NCBI GenBank assembly: GCA_043228905.1
Contig: JBHGNT010000002.1
Coordinates: forward strand, 25,854,001 to 25,918,000
Length of the DNA: 64,000 bases
From: Azolla caroliniana
Taxonomy: Eukaryota > Plantae > Polypodiophyta
Direction of reading: 5' to 3'
Position 1 is the first letter of the stretch. The number at the start of each line of letters is the position of its first letter. Position numbers and translations under genes: made by a program. The notes beneath the pieces were generated by a model that saw only the letters and a program-made list of their open reading frames with translations, made no database searches and was not told the origin of the DNA. Of this stretch, positions 1-12,609 are shown one piece after another.

Positions 1-42
1 ATATCTTGCTTCTGTTATTTGGTTCGTTGCTGCATTTTTCAG

Positions 43-3000
43 GTCGTGATATGATCGGGTTAGCTCAGACGGGGTCTGGCAAAACAGGTGCCTTTGCGCT
101 TCCTATAATTCAAGATTTGCTCGAACACCCGCAGCCTCTCTTTGCATGTGTTCTTTCTCCCACTAGGTTCGGCATTCTTTTCTTTCTTTTCCTTGAGGAA
201 AGTCAAGTATGCTGTTTAGTTGGTTCATGTCTGCTTTCTGTATTATTTATTCAGAGAATTGGCTATCCAGATTGCTGAGCAGTTTGAAGCTCTGGGTACT
301 GGAATAGGTGTGAAGTGTACCGTGGTATGTATTTGTCAAATGATCTTGTGCATATACTGGAATTGTTACACATGAAACAAATTTTACACGCAACAAAATT
401 TGTCCAATGATTTAATATCTGAATCCTAATCAGTATTGCTGTAAGGATTACAGTGAAGATATCAAGGAACCTGTTTTCTGTTCTTGATCAGTCTATATTT
501 AGTGAAGATATCACATAAATTGTTTTCTGTTCTTGATCAGGTTGTTGGAGGCGTCGATATGATGTCTCAAGCTATTGCCTTAGCAAAGAGGCCACATATT
601 GTGGTATTGTATATTTACCTCTTCTTTTGTTAACTTCAGTGACACTGGTGTGCCATCTAAATGTCTAGCTCTGCACCAGGTTGGCACACCAGGGAGACTT
701 GTTGACCATTTGACAAATACAAAGGGATTTAGTCTGCGATCAATAAAGTACTTGGTAATATTTCGCGAATTATAAATGTTGATTGCAACATTCAATAATA
801 TGTGTAGGGTATTTATAAGCCTACGTAGGTGTCGTTTATTTCCTGAGGCTTTTTCCTTTTAAAAAACCTAGTCACCTGCTTGATAAAAAAATGTGTTTAT
901 CGTGTTAGGTGCTTGATGAAGCTGATAGACTATTGAGCATGGACTTTGAGCATGAAATTGATGAAATATTGAAAGTGATACCAAAGGAGAGAAGGACGTT
1001 TTTATTTTCCGCGACAATGACAAACAAGGTAATCGTCAGTTGAATGATACCTTATATTTAGCTAATTAAGGAGATTAATTAAGAACCTTTGCATGAGCCA
1101 CATAAAATAATCTAAGCAGTATACATGTTATGAGGTTTTAAACTTATTCTTGACTCAAAACTTCCATATGCAACAACCTTCATACACATTTGAAACTTTA
1201 AATGAACACATCCTTACACTCGCTCCACTATGTGGTTACAAGTCGGGCTACCGTTGATGGCACTTTGTTTAGCTTTGATAATGACATTTATTGGCACGTA
1301 TCTGATGAGATGGTGACCCAAGAGGTGTGTTGGTGGCAACGAAAAATCAAAACTCTTGTGGTGACCTTGGATTCTTGACCTAACTAACATCAAGACAATT
1401 TAATGAGCCATCCTTAATCCAACATTGATCAATTGAGAAGCCCAAGCTACTTCATGCACTTGGCATATTTTCAAGTAAATTCTTGGGTCCCAGTAGTTCT
1501 GAACACGGCCATTTTCATGTGTTTTGTGTTTGACCGTAAAAATAAACAGGTATGAGTGGTCTTGAAATAGGTGCATCTGATGACCTTGGAGACTCCCCAA
1601 CGTACATGATCAATTAACTGATTGGGAAGCAGTGTAATTTATTAATGTTCTATTTTGTAATACAGGTAGCAAAGCTTCAACGTGCTTGTCTTAAAAATCC
1701 AGCAAAGGCAAGTAATTGAATCTGGAATACTTTTATCTTGTACCTATATTTATTGAAATATTTTCAGGCATTCATTGGAACAGAAACCCCTGGTATGATG
1801 TGATAATGAAGGTATGTTCTACAGGTTGAAGTTTCTTCAAAATATACAACTGTAGATACACTGAAACAACAATATATGTTTGTGCCTGCAAAGGTCAAGG
1901 TACTAAAGTATTTGAAAAGCAGTTTCTTTTCTTGGAATACAGCATTGATATGATTGATATTTTATAGAATTTCTTATCTGTTTCTTTTTCATGATAGGAT
2001 TGTGCTTTGGTGTATCTGTTGCATGAGCTCGCAGGCAGTACATTTATGGTCTTTACACGAACCTGTGAATGTAGTAGGAAGCTTGCCATTATTCTTCGTA
2101 ACTTGGGCCTTGATGCAATTCCAATCAATGGTCAGATGAGTCAGGTAGCTTCTATATTGAGATGGGTTATTATTGTAATTATTACTATAAAATCCTAGCT
2201 CATCATTTTTTTATCTTTATTTCAGCCGAAAAGACTAGGTGCTTTGAACAAGTTCAAAGCAGGTGAACGGAGTATCTTAATTTGTACTGATGTTGCAAGC
2301 AGAGGTCTTGACATACCAGCTGTTGATGTTGTAATCAATTATGATATTCCAATGAACTCCAAGGTAAGTTATTTCCTTTGTGAAAAGGGTAGCCTATTTT
2401 TTTTACATCAGGAAGTTCTGTATTTCGTTCATGTTATTGCACATGCATAACTACTATATAAATAAGACTTCGTTTTCAACGTATGTAGCAATCTGTAACT
2501 GTTTGATCCGGTTTGAAAAATTGAAGCTTAAACCGAACCAAACCAAACCACGAATCTATTTAAACCGAAACCATTCAAACTGTACTGTTACAAAAAATCT
2601 AAGCTTAAACCGAACCAAACCAAACCACAAAACTGTTTAAACTTAAACCATTCAAACTGAACTGTTACAAAAAACCTAAGCAACTGTTTAAGAGATTTTC
2701 AAACAGTTAACAGTGTGGTTAGCAGTTCAGTAGGTCAAAAATCAAATTTTAAATTGTAAATTTTTCAATACTTCAGAACTTTAAAGTTTTCCTAGCTTCA
2801 AACTGAAAAGGTTGTTAAAACAATAATCAAGGAAATATTCAAGAAAATAAATAATTTATCAAAGTGGCAAGTCTAAACTGTTTAAGCCGTTTAAACCATG
2901 GTTTTAAACAGTTTAAACCAGAAAGCGTTCAGCTGATAAAGGTTCAAACTGAATCGTTGACCCCCAAACTGAACTAAAAGCAAAGTGAACTGTTTACGGA

Positions 3001-3647
3001 AACTTGAACTTGAACCGAACCAAACTGTCTAAACTGTTAAGCCGTTAAGCTGTGGTTTTGCTGTTCGGTTCGGTTCAAACCAAACCATTGCTGACTGATA
3101 AAGATATGTAAGGTATAACTTGTTTTCAAATTGAGGAATCACTTAGAAACATTTCTCATGGTGCTTGCTAGGATTATATTCATAGAGTAGGGCGGACAGC
3201 CCGTGCTGGTAGATCAGGGCGAGCAGTTTCCATTGTCACTCAATATGATATTGAGCTTTATCAAAGGATTGAGCAACTCATTGGTATTGTCTTACGTCAA
3301 ATATTTTAGATTTTAAGTTGAGATGTTCTTCTAATTCTTTAATTTCTCTTCCAGAGAAAAAACTACCAGCATTTCCTGCGGAGGAGGAAGAGATGATGCT
3401 ATTTTCAGAACGTGTAGGAGAGGCACAAAGGCTTGCAACAATGGTGTGTAGTATCAACAAGTATCACTCAAATTGTGTATCTTTTTGTCTTCTTTTTAAA
3501 GAATGCATTGAGTGTCTTTTTATGTTTTTACAGAAAATGAGAGAGAAGGATTCAGCAGCTAAAGCTGGGAAGAAGAGACGGGTCAATGATGATGACGATG
3601 ATCACATGAATATTAAGAAGCATGGAAAGCAAAAAAGAAATAAGTGA
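43..3647 (+). CDS. RH10: DEAD-box RNA helicase, DDX47/RRP3/plant RH10 type (5' end lies upstream of the window)
   Basis: 12 in-frame exons: 43-166, 255-324, 541-603, 680-754, 909-1028, 1666-1707, 1825-1899, 1998-2144, 2226-2363, 3172-3283, 3355-3443, 3534-3647. Motifs [59 protein letters not shown]. The segments TKGFSLR and [10 protein letters not shown] are typical of RRP3/DDX47. Basic C-terminal tail. Confidence 0.93.
452..540 (+). repeat. Tandem duplication (49-bp period) of the 3' splice-site region in a helicase intron
   Basis: agtgaagatatca...tgttttctgttcttgatcag occurs at 452-491 and 501-540. Confidence 0.8.
2486..3093. mobile_element. Non-autonomous DNA transposon (hAT-like MITE) in helicase intron 2364-3171
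   Basis: Ends are TAGCAAT... and ...ATTGCTG (short inverted match). Many subterminal AAACCGAACC/AAACTG/CGGTT motifs in both orientations. No clean 8-bp TSD seen. Confidence 0.55.
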
Positions 3648-5379
3648 AGTTTGAAGATGCGAAAGTTGTTGGCCATGATATCAATTTTGATTTCAGTATT
3701 TACAATCCAGCAAAGGCAAAATGTTTGAGATGGCTGTGTGCACGAAACTCATAATTTAGATATTCATGTCTTCATTCACTTTCTAAGAAGAGCAGATCTG
3801 ACCCTTACATCCTATTCTCTGCTAGTTATCTGGTACTATCATTGCATTCCAACAAGAATGTGAATGAATAGCAGCAGGTGATGGAAAGCATCTATCTTCA
3901 TGTGCATGTCTGTATTGGTGATACAAAAGCTGGATGTGCAGTCAGGCAATGCAGATATTTTGCCTGTAAAAATATCAAATTAACCAATCTTGACACAGGA
4001 GTATTGATGCATTCTGAAGTTTTGTGATATCGGAAGCATGTTATTTCTGCCTTAGTATCATGGTGAAATTTGGCCATTATCTAGATTTATTGTATGGAAT
4101 GCATGTAGGTGACACCTCCTTGCACTCTCTTAAATCTCACTGCTGTCTACATTTTTAATGTATCTCATCATTGTTTTTTCGATTTTCATTGGGGCACTTG
4201 CTAGCTTCTCTCCTACTAATATAAAATAATCATTGTAATATTTGATTAGAGAACTAAGAAAGTCGTGACTTTCTTTGATGACTCTGGAAAATAATAAAAA
4301 GCTTAAGCTAATTTGGAAATAAAAACCCGAACAGAATTCTATTTACCATATTCTTCTCTCTTTTTTGGCCTATTCTCGTTTTCTTTTCAAAGACCATTTC
4401 AGGTATTCTTGGGAGAAGTTACATTCTGCTCTATTTCTTTGGCGATTCATTCAACTGCTGCTTCATCATCACCAAAGGGTAAGCAAAGCATTCTTCTCAA
4501 ATTTTTTCTGATGCACACCCAGAAATTAGATGTCTGCTTTGAAATGTTGTCATTCATTGCATATATAGTGTATCTTTTTTATATCATGTTTCAATGGATA
4601 TTTTTTTCAATTTCTAAATAGATTTTACTATTATCTTGCAATTTATTTATTTAGTTAATGTCAAATTTAGGTAATTATTATATGAAGATAAACATGAGGA
4701 TTTTGTTGAGTCTTTCATGAACTCATATTCATGCACAAGATTTTGTTCCTTTGGCTATCTCATGTTTAGTTTGTATTGTGAACTTTTAATGTTCATTTAG
4801 AATAGGAATATGTATTTGGGAACTGTTGATATTCACTTAGAAATAGGGGTATGGATTAAATGTATTATTTGACCTTTTCCATTAGGTTGAGACAGATAAT
4901 TAGATAATTGGATTGACCATATAAACAGATCCTTAGATTGAGATTAAAAGAGTGAAGAATGACTGCTATATGATGGAAAAATACAGATTTTGCGCAGTGG
5001 CAATGAGGGCTACATGCTCATTGATATAAAACATAGATGTCTTTTTAACTTTTTCTGAAAGCAGTCTGGATTGTTTATTGATCCAAATTCTCTCTTTATC
5101 TCAATATAATTTTGTCACTAGTCTTGTTCATATATATATATAGTATTTGTATTCAAATGCCTTGTTTTCATGGCCTTGTTCTTTGTATGAATGGGGATGC
5201 ACATAAAGAAAATGGGCTTATGTGAATGTACACATGTGGCCTTTCTTTTGGTGGGAATGATCTAATATGAGAGCCTAATTTGTGCATATATATAAACATT
5301 CCTGAACTGCTGTTGATAAACTAAACCGAATTGTCTTTGTTTCTTCAAGTTCAACAAAAGATGCTACGATGATCATTTT

Positions 5380-5530
5380 CATGTGAATGCCACATTGTGG
5401 TGGGAAGAGAATAGGGTGATATAAAAAGCATTGGAAGCACTTTGTATATGGATAGATTATTTAGCACCTTGGGTTCCATTGCAACCAATAAGAGAAATCT
5501 CCTTTTTGTGGCAATGAATCTGTTTGTTTG
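5380..5530 (+). mobile_element. Possible decayed hAT transposase C-terminal dimerisation-domain remnant
   Basis: Reads WWEENRVI*KALEAL..DYLA, then a frameshifted GSIATNKR. This resembles the hATC pattern WW..YP.L..LA.DYL..SER.FS. Heavily degraded. Confidence 0.3.
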
Positions 5531-7155
5531 AGCTTTCTTCTATGTTTGATAATGCAAGTGAAACATTCGTTGGGTTATGCTATGCAAGGAAAGCCATAAA
5601 TGATGGAAATGGACATGTGTCGCAGGGCCAGGAAGTTGTTGGAATCTTGTAGAAACCTTTATGACCTTTATGAGTGAAGGGACACAAATCTCTTGAAGTA
5701 GATTGAAAAGCAACAATCCATAATAAGTCTGAGTTCCTCAAAAGTAGATTGAGGGATTGTACTCTTTGAGTGCTCAAAGCTCTTGACACACATCATAAAT
5801 CTACATCCACATCTCTTCATCTTGATGTAAGATGGCAAACCAAAGAATATCGAAGTATTCTCAAAGCTTTGATGTCAGCCATTTGGGCCTGAAGATGCTC
5901 AATTCTACTTGTAATATATTCATCGTGAACAAGTAATGATTATGTAGGTTTTGAAATTTGGCTTCATTTTGCTGTACAATATGATGATGAAATTCTTCAT
6001 ACATTCCTTGTATGTATAAGAAATTTTAAAACCAATCTAGTTTTCCCCATGAAAATTGCATTCCTGTTCTCCATGCTCAAGTCTTCATTGAGATTGTTTG
6101 CAAGAGATTGTACGATTCTAATGTTATATTGTACTTATATGACATAGTTGTTGCTCACAAATCACTAACAACCATAGCCTCGCTAACTATGAGCCCCATT
6201 TCCATTGGCGTTGTTGGGTCAGCCCATCTATTCCAATCTCCTCATCAAAGGAATGTCATCAACAAACAAATATTTAACACTTTGTAGCCTTAATATATTT
6301 TTCATTATTACATTGAAAGTGATGAATGCGTAATTAATGCAAAACCACTTTGACATAATGGAGAAGACAAGGAATATCTTGTTGGGGGAGTGTTAAGCAC
6401 AATTATAATGAAGGCATGATGCACTATGAGCTATATTTTCATGTGCTAGTAGAGAAGAATGAATATGAACATTCTTGCCAAGGCCAATAAGATAGATGCA
6501 CTTCAATGTTACACCCAACCCATGTACTACATTATTTGCTCAATCATTTTCAAAGTTCCAAGTGCATGTTCATATCACCCATTCACAATTAACTACATGC
6601 GAAATGGCTAACCCTCTATTCTTGGCAAATGGAAAATCCATTTGAGTTTTAAGCCCATGATACTATAATGTGTTAAAAACATTATTAGCCCTTCACCTTC
6701 CTGTCCACATTCCTACCCTTTCTCTTTTCCGTCTTGGAATTAGATCTGAACAGGACACAAGTGACATAACGTACGTACATCGTTACAGGCATCTAGGTGT
6801 TTTTGCCCAAGTGGTTAGATTGAACAACATTCTTGATGACGTCACATGCTCCTCCAATTGGTCAACAACTACGGGAACCCTCTATTTTGCTCGGTTGCAG
6901 GGCCATATGCAATGAAGCGTTTTCTACGTGCTATGGGTCATGGATTGTACACTGTTAATGTCCCATCCCGAGTTATGGCAAGGAATCGGGACAATAGGGC
7001 GACCATATATATGATAGGAGGTTAGCACCCGATGAATCATGGAACTGCTTGATGGATGGATGCTAGAGTAGGCCATGGATGATCAACACCAAAAACCCTT
7101 GCCAAGGAACCACACCATGCTTCTTGTGTGTAGCAAAGCAAATGTCAATAATCTA

Positions 7156-7182
7156 AGAAGAAGAAGAAGAAGAAGAAGAAGA
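7156..7182 (+). repeat. (GAA)n microsatellite upstream of the zinc-knuckle gene
   Basis: Run of aagaagaagaag... Confidence 0.9.
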
Positions 7183-7277
7183 CTCAGGAAGAAGCAGAAC
7201 AACGCAGGAAGACAGTTTAAGCTCGCTTCTCCTCGCTCTTCCCTCTTTTAGGGTAGAGCGAGCGCTCAAGAGGAGGG

Positions 7278-9996
7278 ATGCGTGGCAAGCGTGGGCCTGA
7301 GCACATGATTCTCGTGAGCGATGACGACGATGAATCAGAAGCAGCTGCAGCTGCAGAAGAAGTGGAGGAGGCGGAGGAAGAAGAAGAAGCTAATGCCGAC
7401 CTGAGCATGTCTATCGTTGCCAAGGCGGCTAGGAAAATTCGTCATCGTAAAACCACTCTCCTCAACTGTATTGTGATCGACGACGACGACGACGATGAAG
7501 AGGAGGAGAATAAGACGAAGATGCAGGAGGATGGATCTTATGTGGAGAATGGGCTGTCTGCTTCAGAAGGACTTGCTACCAAAAGAGCCAGGAAGTTCAA
7601 GAAAAAGAAATTGAAGAAGAAGAAGAAGAAGACAATGGTGACAATTCTTACCTTTTCCCTGTTGTTTGAATCCTTGTTCAAACAACTCATGCACATGCCA
7701 ATCATTCATTCCATATTTCGATTCACCAATTTATTAGGTACGATTGTAGCCAAGACATGAAATGCAAAAGAGCTGTCAAGATTGTGTTGGGGTGGATTAT
7801 TTGACCAGAGTCAATTCTGTTAGGTGCTAATTTTGTTTTGGTTGATGATTGTAATGATGGTTACCTGGGCACCCGTGTGTAGATATACCAGATGTTTCGA
7901 GCCTTAAAATTACAAGGTATCAGTTTATAGGAAATATGACATAGTGGCATTTGAGATTAGGCACCTTCTAAAATTCGTTCAGTTTGTGTAATATTTAAGA
8001 AAGCTACAGCAAACCTGCCTTTGTATTTGAAAGTCATGGACCTATCATTTCCTAATGGAAATTTTAGTCTCAACTTGAAGTGGTGAATGATTTGCACAGC
8101 CTTTTTTTCTGAATGCGTATTTGGCGGAACTCATTTTGTAGGGACTCTCTATGATTATGGATATTTTGACTTCCCAAGTAACTTATTCATACAGGTCTCA
8201 GATGGCCTAGAGAATAAACCCGAAGATTCAAAGGTTGAGGGGGATATCCTTTTCAAACTTATTGCAGATGATGGAGAAGACAATCTTGAAATGCGGAAGC
8301 TTCTGGTAAGAAACACCTATCGGGAATTTTCTGCATGCTCAAAACATTGAATATGCCTGCGTTAGTTGATAACGAGTAGTGAAAGCATCCTGAGTAAGTC
8401 TAGTTTAGTTCATAGCAAATAAAAATCTCCTAAGTGATTAATTGGAAAACTTCTGCAATGGACCTTGCAGTTGCATTTAGTAGTCAAAATTTAGAATTAG
8501 ACAGATCATTGATGAAAAAGATCACGTTTTTGTATGCAGAGAGGTCCTCGGTATTTTGATGTTCCAGAGAACAAGACTGAGAACTGCACAGAGGAAGCTC
8601 GCAAAAGGGCGTGCTACGTGTGTGGCAGTCTTGATCATGATGCAAAAGATTGCCCACAGGTACCTTTTATTTCTCACAGGTGGATCCTTTTTCATCCACC
8701 AAGAGTGTAAATGGTTTACTGGTTGTAGATATTATTCAAATCTGTTGTTTTTGGCCACCTAAACAGGCTATTTGTAACTTAAGATTAACTATAATCAACA
8801 ATATGTAGAATTCAATAGAAAAATGCTGCAGCATATTGTGAATTGTTTTATATCTATTGGTTGAAACTACACTTTAGGGCCCCTTTTTATATTCAATGAT
8901 TGACATCATTGTTATTTTTTCAGGGTACTTGCTTTATATGCAAGTGTTCTGGTCATTTTGCGAGGTCCTGCCCCAACAAGCAGATTGTTACATCAAGAGT
9001 TGGAGAGGGTTCTCACATATGCTTACGGTGTGGAGAGGAAGGGCATGAAATGTCTGTATGTAACAGAGATTATCATCCAGAAGATCTACAGGTGGCAACC
9101 CAATAAGATGAATGCATTGGAAATTTATGCTCTATATTGCAAGAGTGATGATGTTTCTTTTGAATTTTGCATCTCATGCAGGTCATCAAGTGCTATATAT
9201 GCAAAAAGTATGGCCATCTTTGTTGTGTGGATGTTACATTGACATCAGAAAGGAAAGATTCGTGTTACAATTGTGGAGAGCTAGGTCACACCGGAGTGGT
9301 AGAGGAAAACACACAAGATTGACATACTTAGAATATGAAAAAGAAGAACCTGTTTTGTAGTTTGTATTATCTATATACAGCTCGTCTCCCAGAAATAATG
9401 TCTTTGAAATGGTGAATGCACAGGGTTGTGCAAAACTACGAAGTGAGGAGAATAGGACTGCAGCAGTGTGTTACAGATGTGGAGAAGAAGGTCATTTTGC
9501 GCGGGGCTGCAGGAAACGTAGCGAGGTCTTCGTACTTAATGAATCAGATTTGCACAGCTGTAACATGTTCGTTATTAGCTTATATTATATTTATAAATAC
9601 TGATATTTGGAGGGGGTTAATTGCATGCAGGCTGATTTCTGGGCTACTGCAAGGACACCAATTGTGGGAAACCGTCAAATAGGTGACTTTCAAGGTTTTC
9701 AGTCTGTGCCAGCAAAGGTAGGGCGAAACTCTCGCTGGTCAGATGGAAAATCTAATGAAAAACAGATAAACACACCTTTGCCATGGCTGACAGACCGCTG
9801 GAATATGCATGAGCATGAAATAGGGAATGGAATCCTAAATCATGGTGAGGACTATAAGAGCAGTACTCGGAGGAGACAAAGACAATCATCCATAAACCAT
9901 GTTAGACATCAAGGCTACATGGATCATATGATTGATCTGGAAAGCTTACAGAAAAATAGCATGAAGAAGTGGCGAAAAGAGAATTGTGGGCATTAG
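7278..9996 (+). CDS. CCHC zinc-knuckle protein, AIR1/2-ZCCHC7-like (about 447 aa)
   Basis: Exons 7278-7637, 8195-8305, 8540-8659, 8924-9091, 9182-9298, 9424-9525, 9631-9996 (1344 nt, all GT-AG). Acidic then poly-Lys N-terminus and the plant signature RKLLRGPRYFD. Knuckles CYVCGSLDHDAKDC, CFICKCSGHFARSC, CLRCGEEGHEMSVC, CYICKKYGHLCC, CYNCGELGHTGVGC, CYRCGEEGHFARGC. Confidence 0.88.
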
Positions 9997-10616
9997 ATAC
10001 ATTTCTCCACAGTTAGTGTTGATTTCTCTTGCATCAACACTTCTTTGGTGCTGATGAATGCAGGAACATGTAGGGGGATCACATAGAATTTCAATGGATC
10101 CCATTTTGGCGAGTAACGGAGAAACACATGTTCTGATGGCAAGATCTTTGTGGTTGTGCCTCCCTTGATGCATTGGGCATGTTTTTCTCAATGAGCCCTA
10201 CAGCACCAACCTTGGTAATCTGCTGATCATGATCAAAATAACAGTACTGTCTGTCCCATATGGCTATGGAGAGAGAACTATGAGTTGCCTGTAATGAGTT
10301 GTAGGTACAGCTCGCAGTTGTCTGTAATGACTTCAAGAAAGATGCAAATTTCCATTATTTCTTAATCGAAATTTACAATGGTTTCTGAGGCAAAACTCAG
10401 CTTTACTGCCTTAATGTATTACACTGAGACCTGTGAAAGGTAGATAGTAGAAATAATTTCCAGGCATGAGTAAGTAGAGAGTTTTTGAAAGCTTCATATT
10501 CTTTTGTTTTAACTCCAGAAAACAAGTTTTGTGTTGTATATTCCATGAGTACTTTTTAATGCATTCATGGCTATAGTTCAGTTTATGCACATGTGCTGTG
10601 TATACTTGTGTAGCGG

Positions 10617-10875
10617 GTAGTTTCTTGTATTGTAATTCTAGTTTCTTTGTTCATTAGATCCATATGAATTTTGTTTACTATGGGTGAAAATCTAATATGA
10701 GGTTAATTTATGTTCATATTCTGCTCTCCACACAAGCTACTTATATAGCAGGTAGTTTCTTGTATTGTATCTCTAGTTTCTTTGTTCATTAGATCCTTAT
10801 GCATTTTGGTTTACTATGAATGAAAATCTAACATGATGTTAATTTATATTCATATTCTGCTCTCCATCACAAGCT
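10617..10875. repeat. Tandem duplication, about 135-bp unit x2
   Basis: gtagtttcttgtattgta...catattctgctctcca..cacaagct at about 10617 and about 10752. Confidence 0.85.
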
Positions 10876-12609
10876 TGGTTGCTCTCCATGTACCATCTCA
10901 ATTTAATATACATTAAATAGGTAAATCAAAGATGGTACCGATATTCTACTATTGAAGAGATGTTATAAGTACTCTCTAACAGTACATATTAGAATAAATG
11001 TAGATGCCATAATGTACATGTCATGATTGTTTAACCATAACATAAATGTGCTGTCTTTCATGTCATGACTTTTCTCTGATTCGAAGGTCCTAATTGTTTT
11101 AACGCAATCCAACACCAAGACGTGTAGTAGAAACCAAAAAATGAATCCTTCATGTCCATGGCATCTAATATAAAAGTAGAAGTGTTGCGAAAGAAACTGC
11201 GTAAGCATCATTAGTGCTCAAGTGATGAAGAGATATCACAGGAATGAAACTAACAAAGATGATAAACACAAACAAAATAGTAGAATCATGGTTAGTCATT
11301 GAGAGATGGAGAACACCAATTACTATCCACAAAAAGAGAATAAGCTGGTATCTGTAGTGATATTTGACCTTTTATTAATGAGATATTGGATGACATTTTA
11401 GATCACCAGTTATGATCAGTGTTGTACATGTACATGCAATACCAATCAAATGTATATACCAAATTTAAGGATTTAAGACTTAAAACTAACTTGGGCCCCA
11501 ATGCCCCAAACACCAACCTAAAAAGTGAGTCAAGCCATTATACAGAAATGGGGGTGGAGATTTTATATAGGATATCAGGACAACAAGTTCTTTCTCAAGT
11601 TATGAGCCTAAACTCTTCAAGTAAAAGAAAACTCAAAAAGGAAATCAGTGGATTCTACAGTTAAGTGTCCAGAGTTGTAACATCAGTGGCATAAGAATCT
11701 TGCCTAATTGTCACATTGGCTTATGTAGTTAAGGCTGCTTGCCAAAATGAAGGATATATTCAATCTCCAACCAACCATACATGGCATGATATTTTGCTAT
11801 CAACCATGAATCTCCATGGGACACCATGACCCAAAACTTCTATAAAAGAACTTTCAAGGGGTACCCATTCACATTGCATTTGTTTCTATCACAGCTTAAT
11901 CCCAAGGTCCAACACAGAGAACGGCGACAATCTTGCCCATAAACAATAAATAATTGCCCCATATGGGAATCAGCAACAGCATCCATAACCTCATTGCCTA
12001 CTGTAAAGGAATTTTTCTCACTTGTGACCTGAGCATACGGTAAATTGTTCCACAATATTCGTGTACTTCCATCAAACTTTCAGAAATCACGACAATCCAT
12101 ACCTGCTGGAAAACCCATGCTGGATTGAAATATCATATCAGAAACCATATCTTATAATAAAGTTACAAGCTGCCAACAGCGAAGGTAAAGAAGATGATAG
12201 TCAATAACAAAGGCAAGAAATTACGAAGTAGAAATGGCGAAGGCACAGGGTGTCAAGACTAGCAACCACCGACACCAAAGATTAGATTTTTTGTAACTCA
12301 CTGCTTCAAAAATATAGAAGCAGGATAGAAAGGCATGGTAAAGATGAAAACAGGATGCCTCATGATCTTGTTTACATTCTCTATTGTTCTTAATCATTTT
12401 AGTTGCAGTCAAACTCATTTTCTTTTAATCATCGCTGGTCGCGATCAGACATTGTGGTTGGAAGTATTACAGTTTGAATATGAATCATTCCTGTTAAAAT
12501 ATCTTCTATTATACATTAATATGAATCATCATGCTGATGATTAATTCTTTGTTCAGATGCATGGCCAAAAGATCTACAGCTGATGAAGGTATGGTCATCT
12601 ATAATTACG

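Noticed and set aside
4404-4478. Exon-like segment (CAG...GTAAGC) downstream of the helicase
   Set aside because: No recognisable protein and no linked coding exons. It may be a UTR or non-coding exon, but that cannot be supported here.
6383-6395. PPT/LTR-like junction TGGGGGAG-TGTT (a similar one lies on the minus strand at about 32411-32426)
   Set aside because: No paired LTR or convincing pol sequence nearby, so it is too weak to call.
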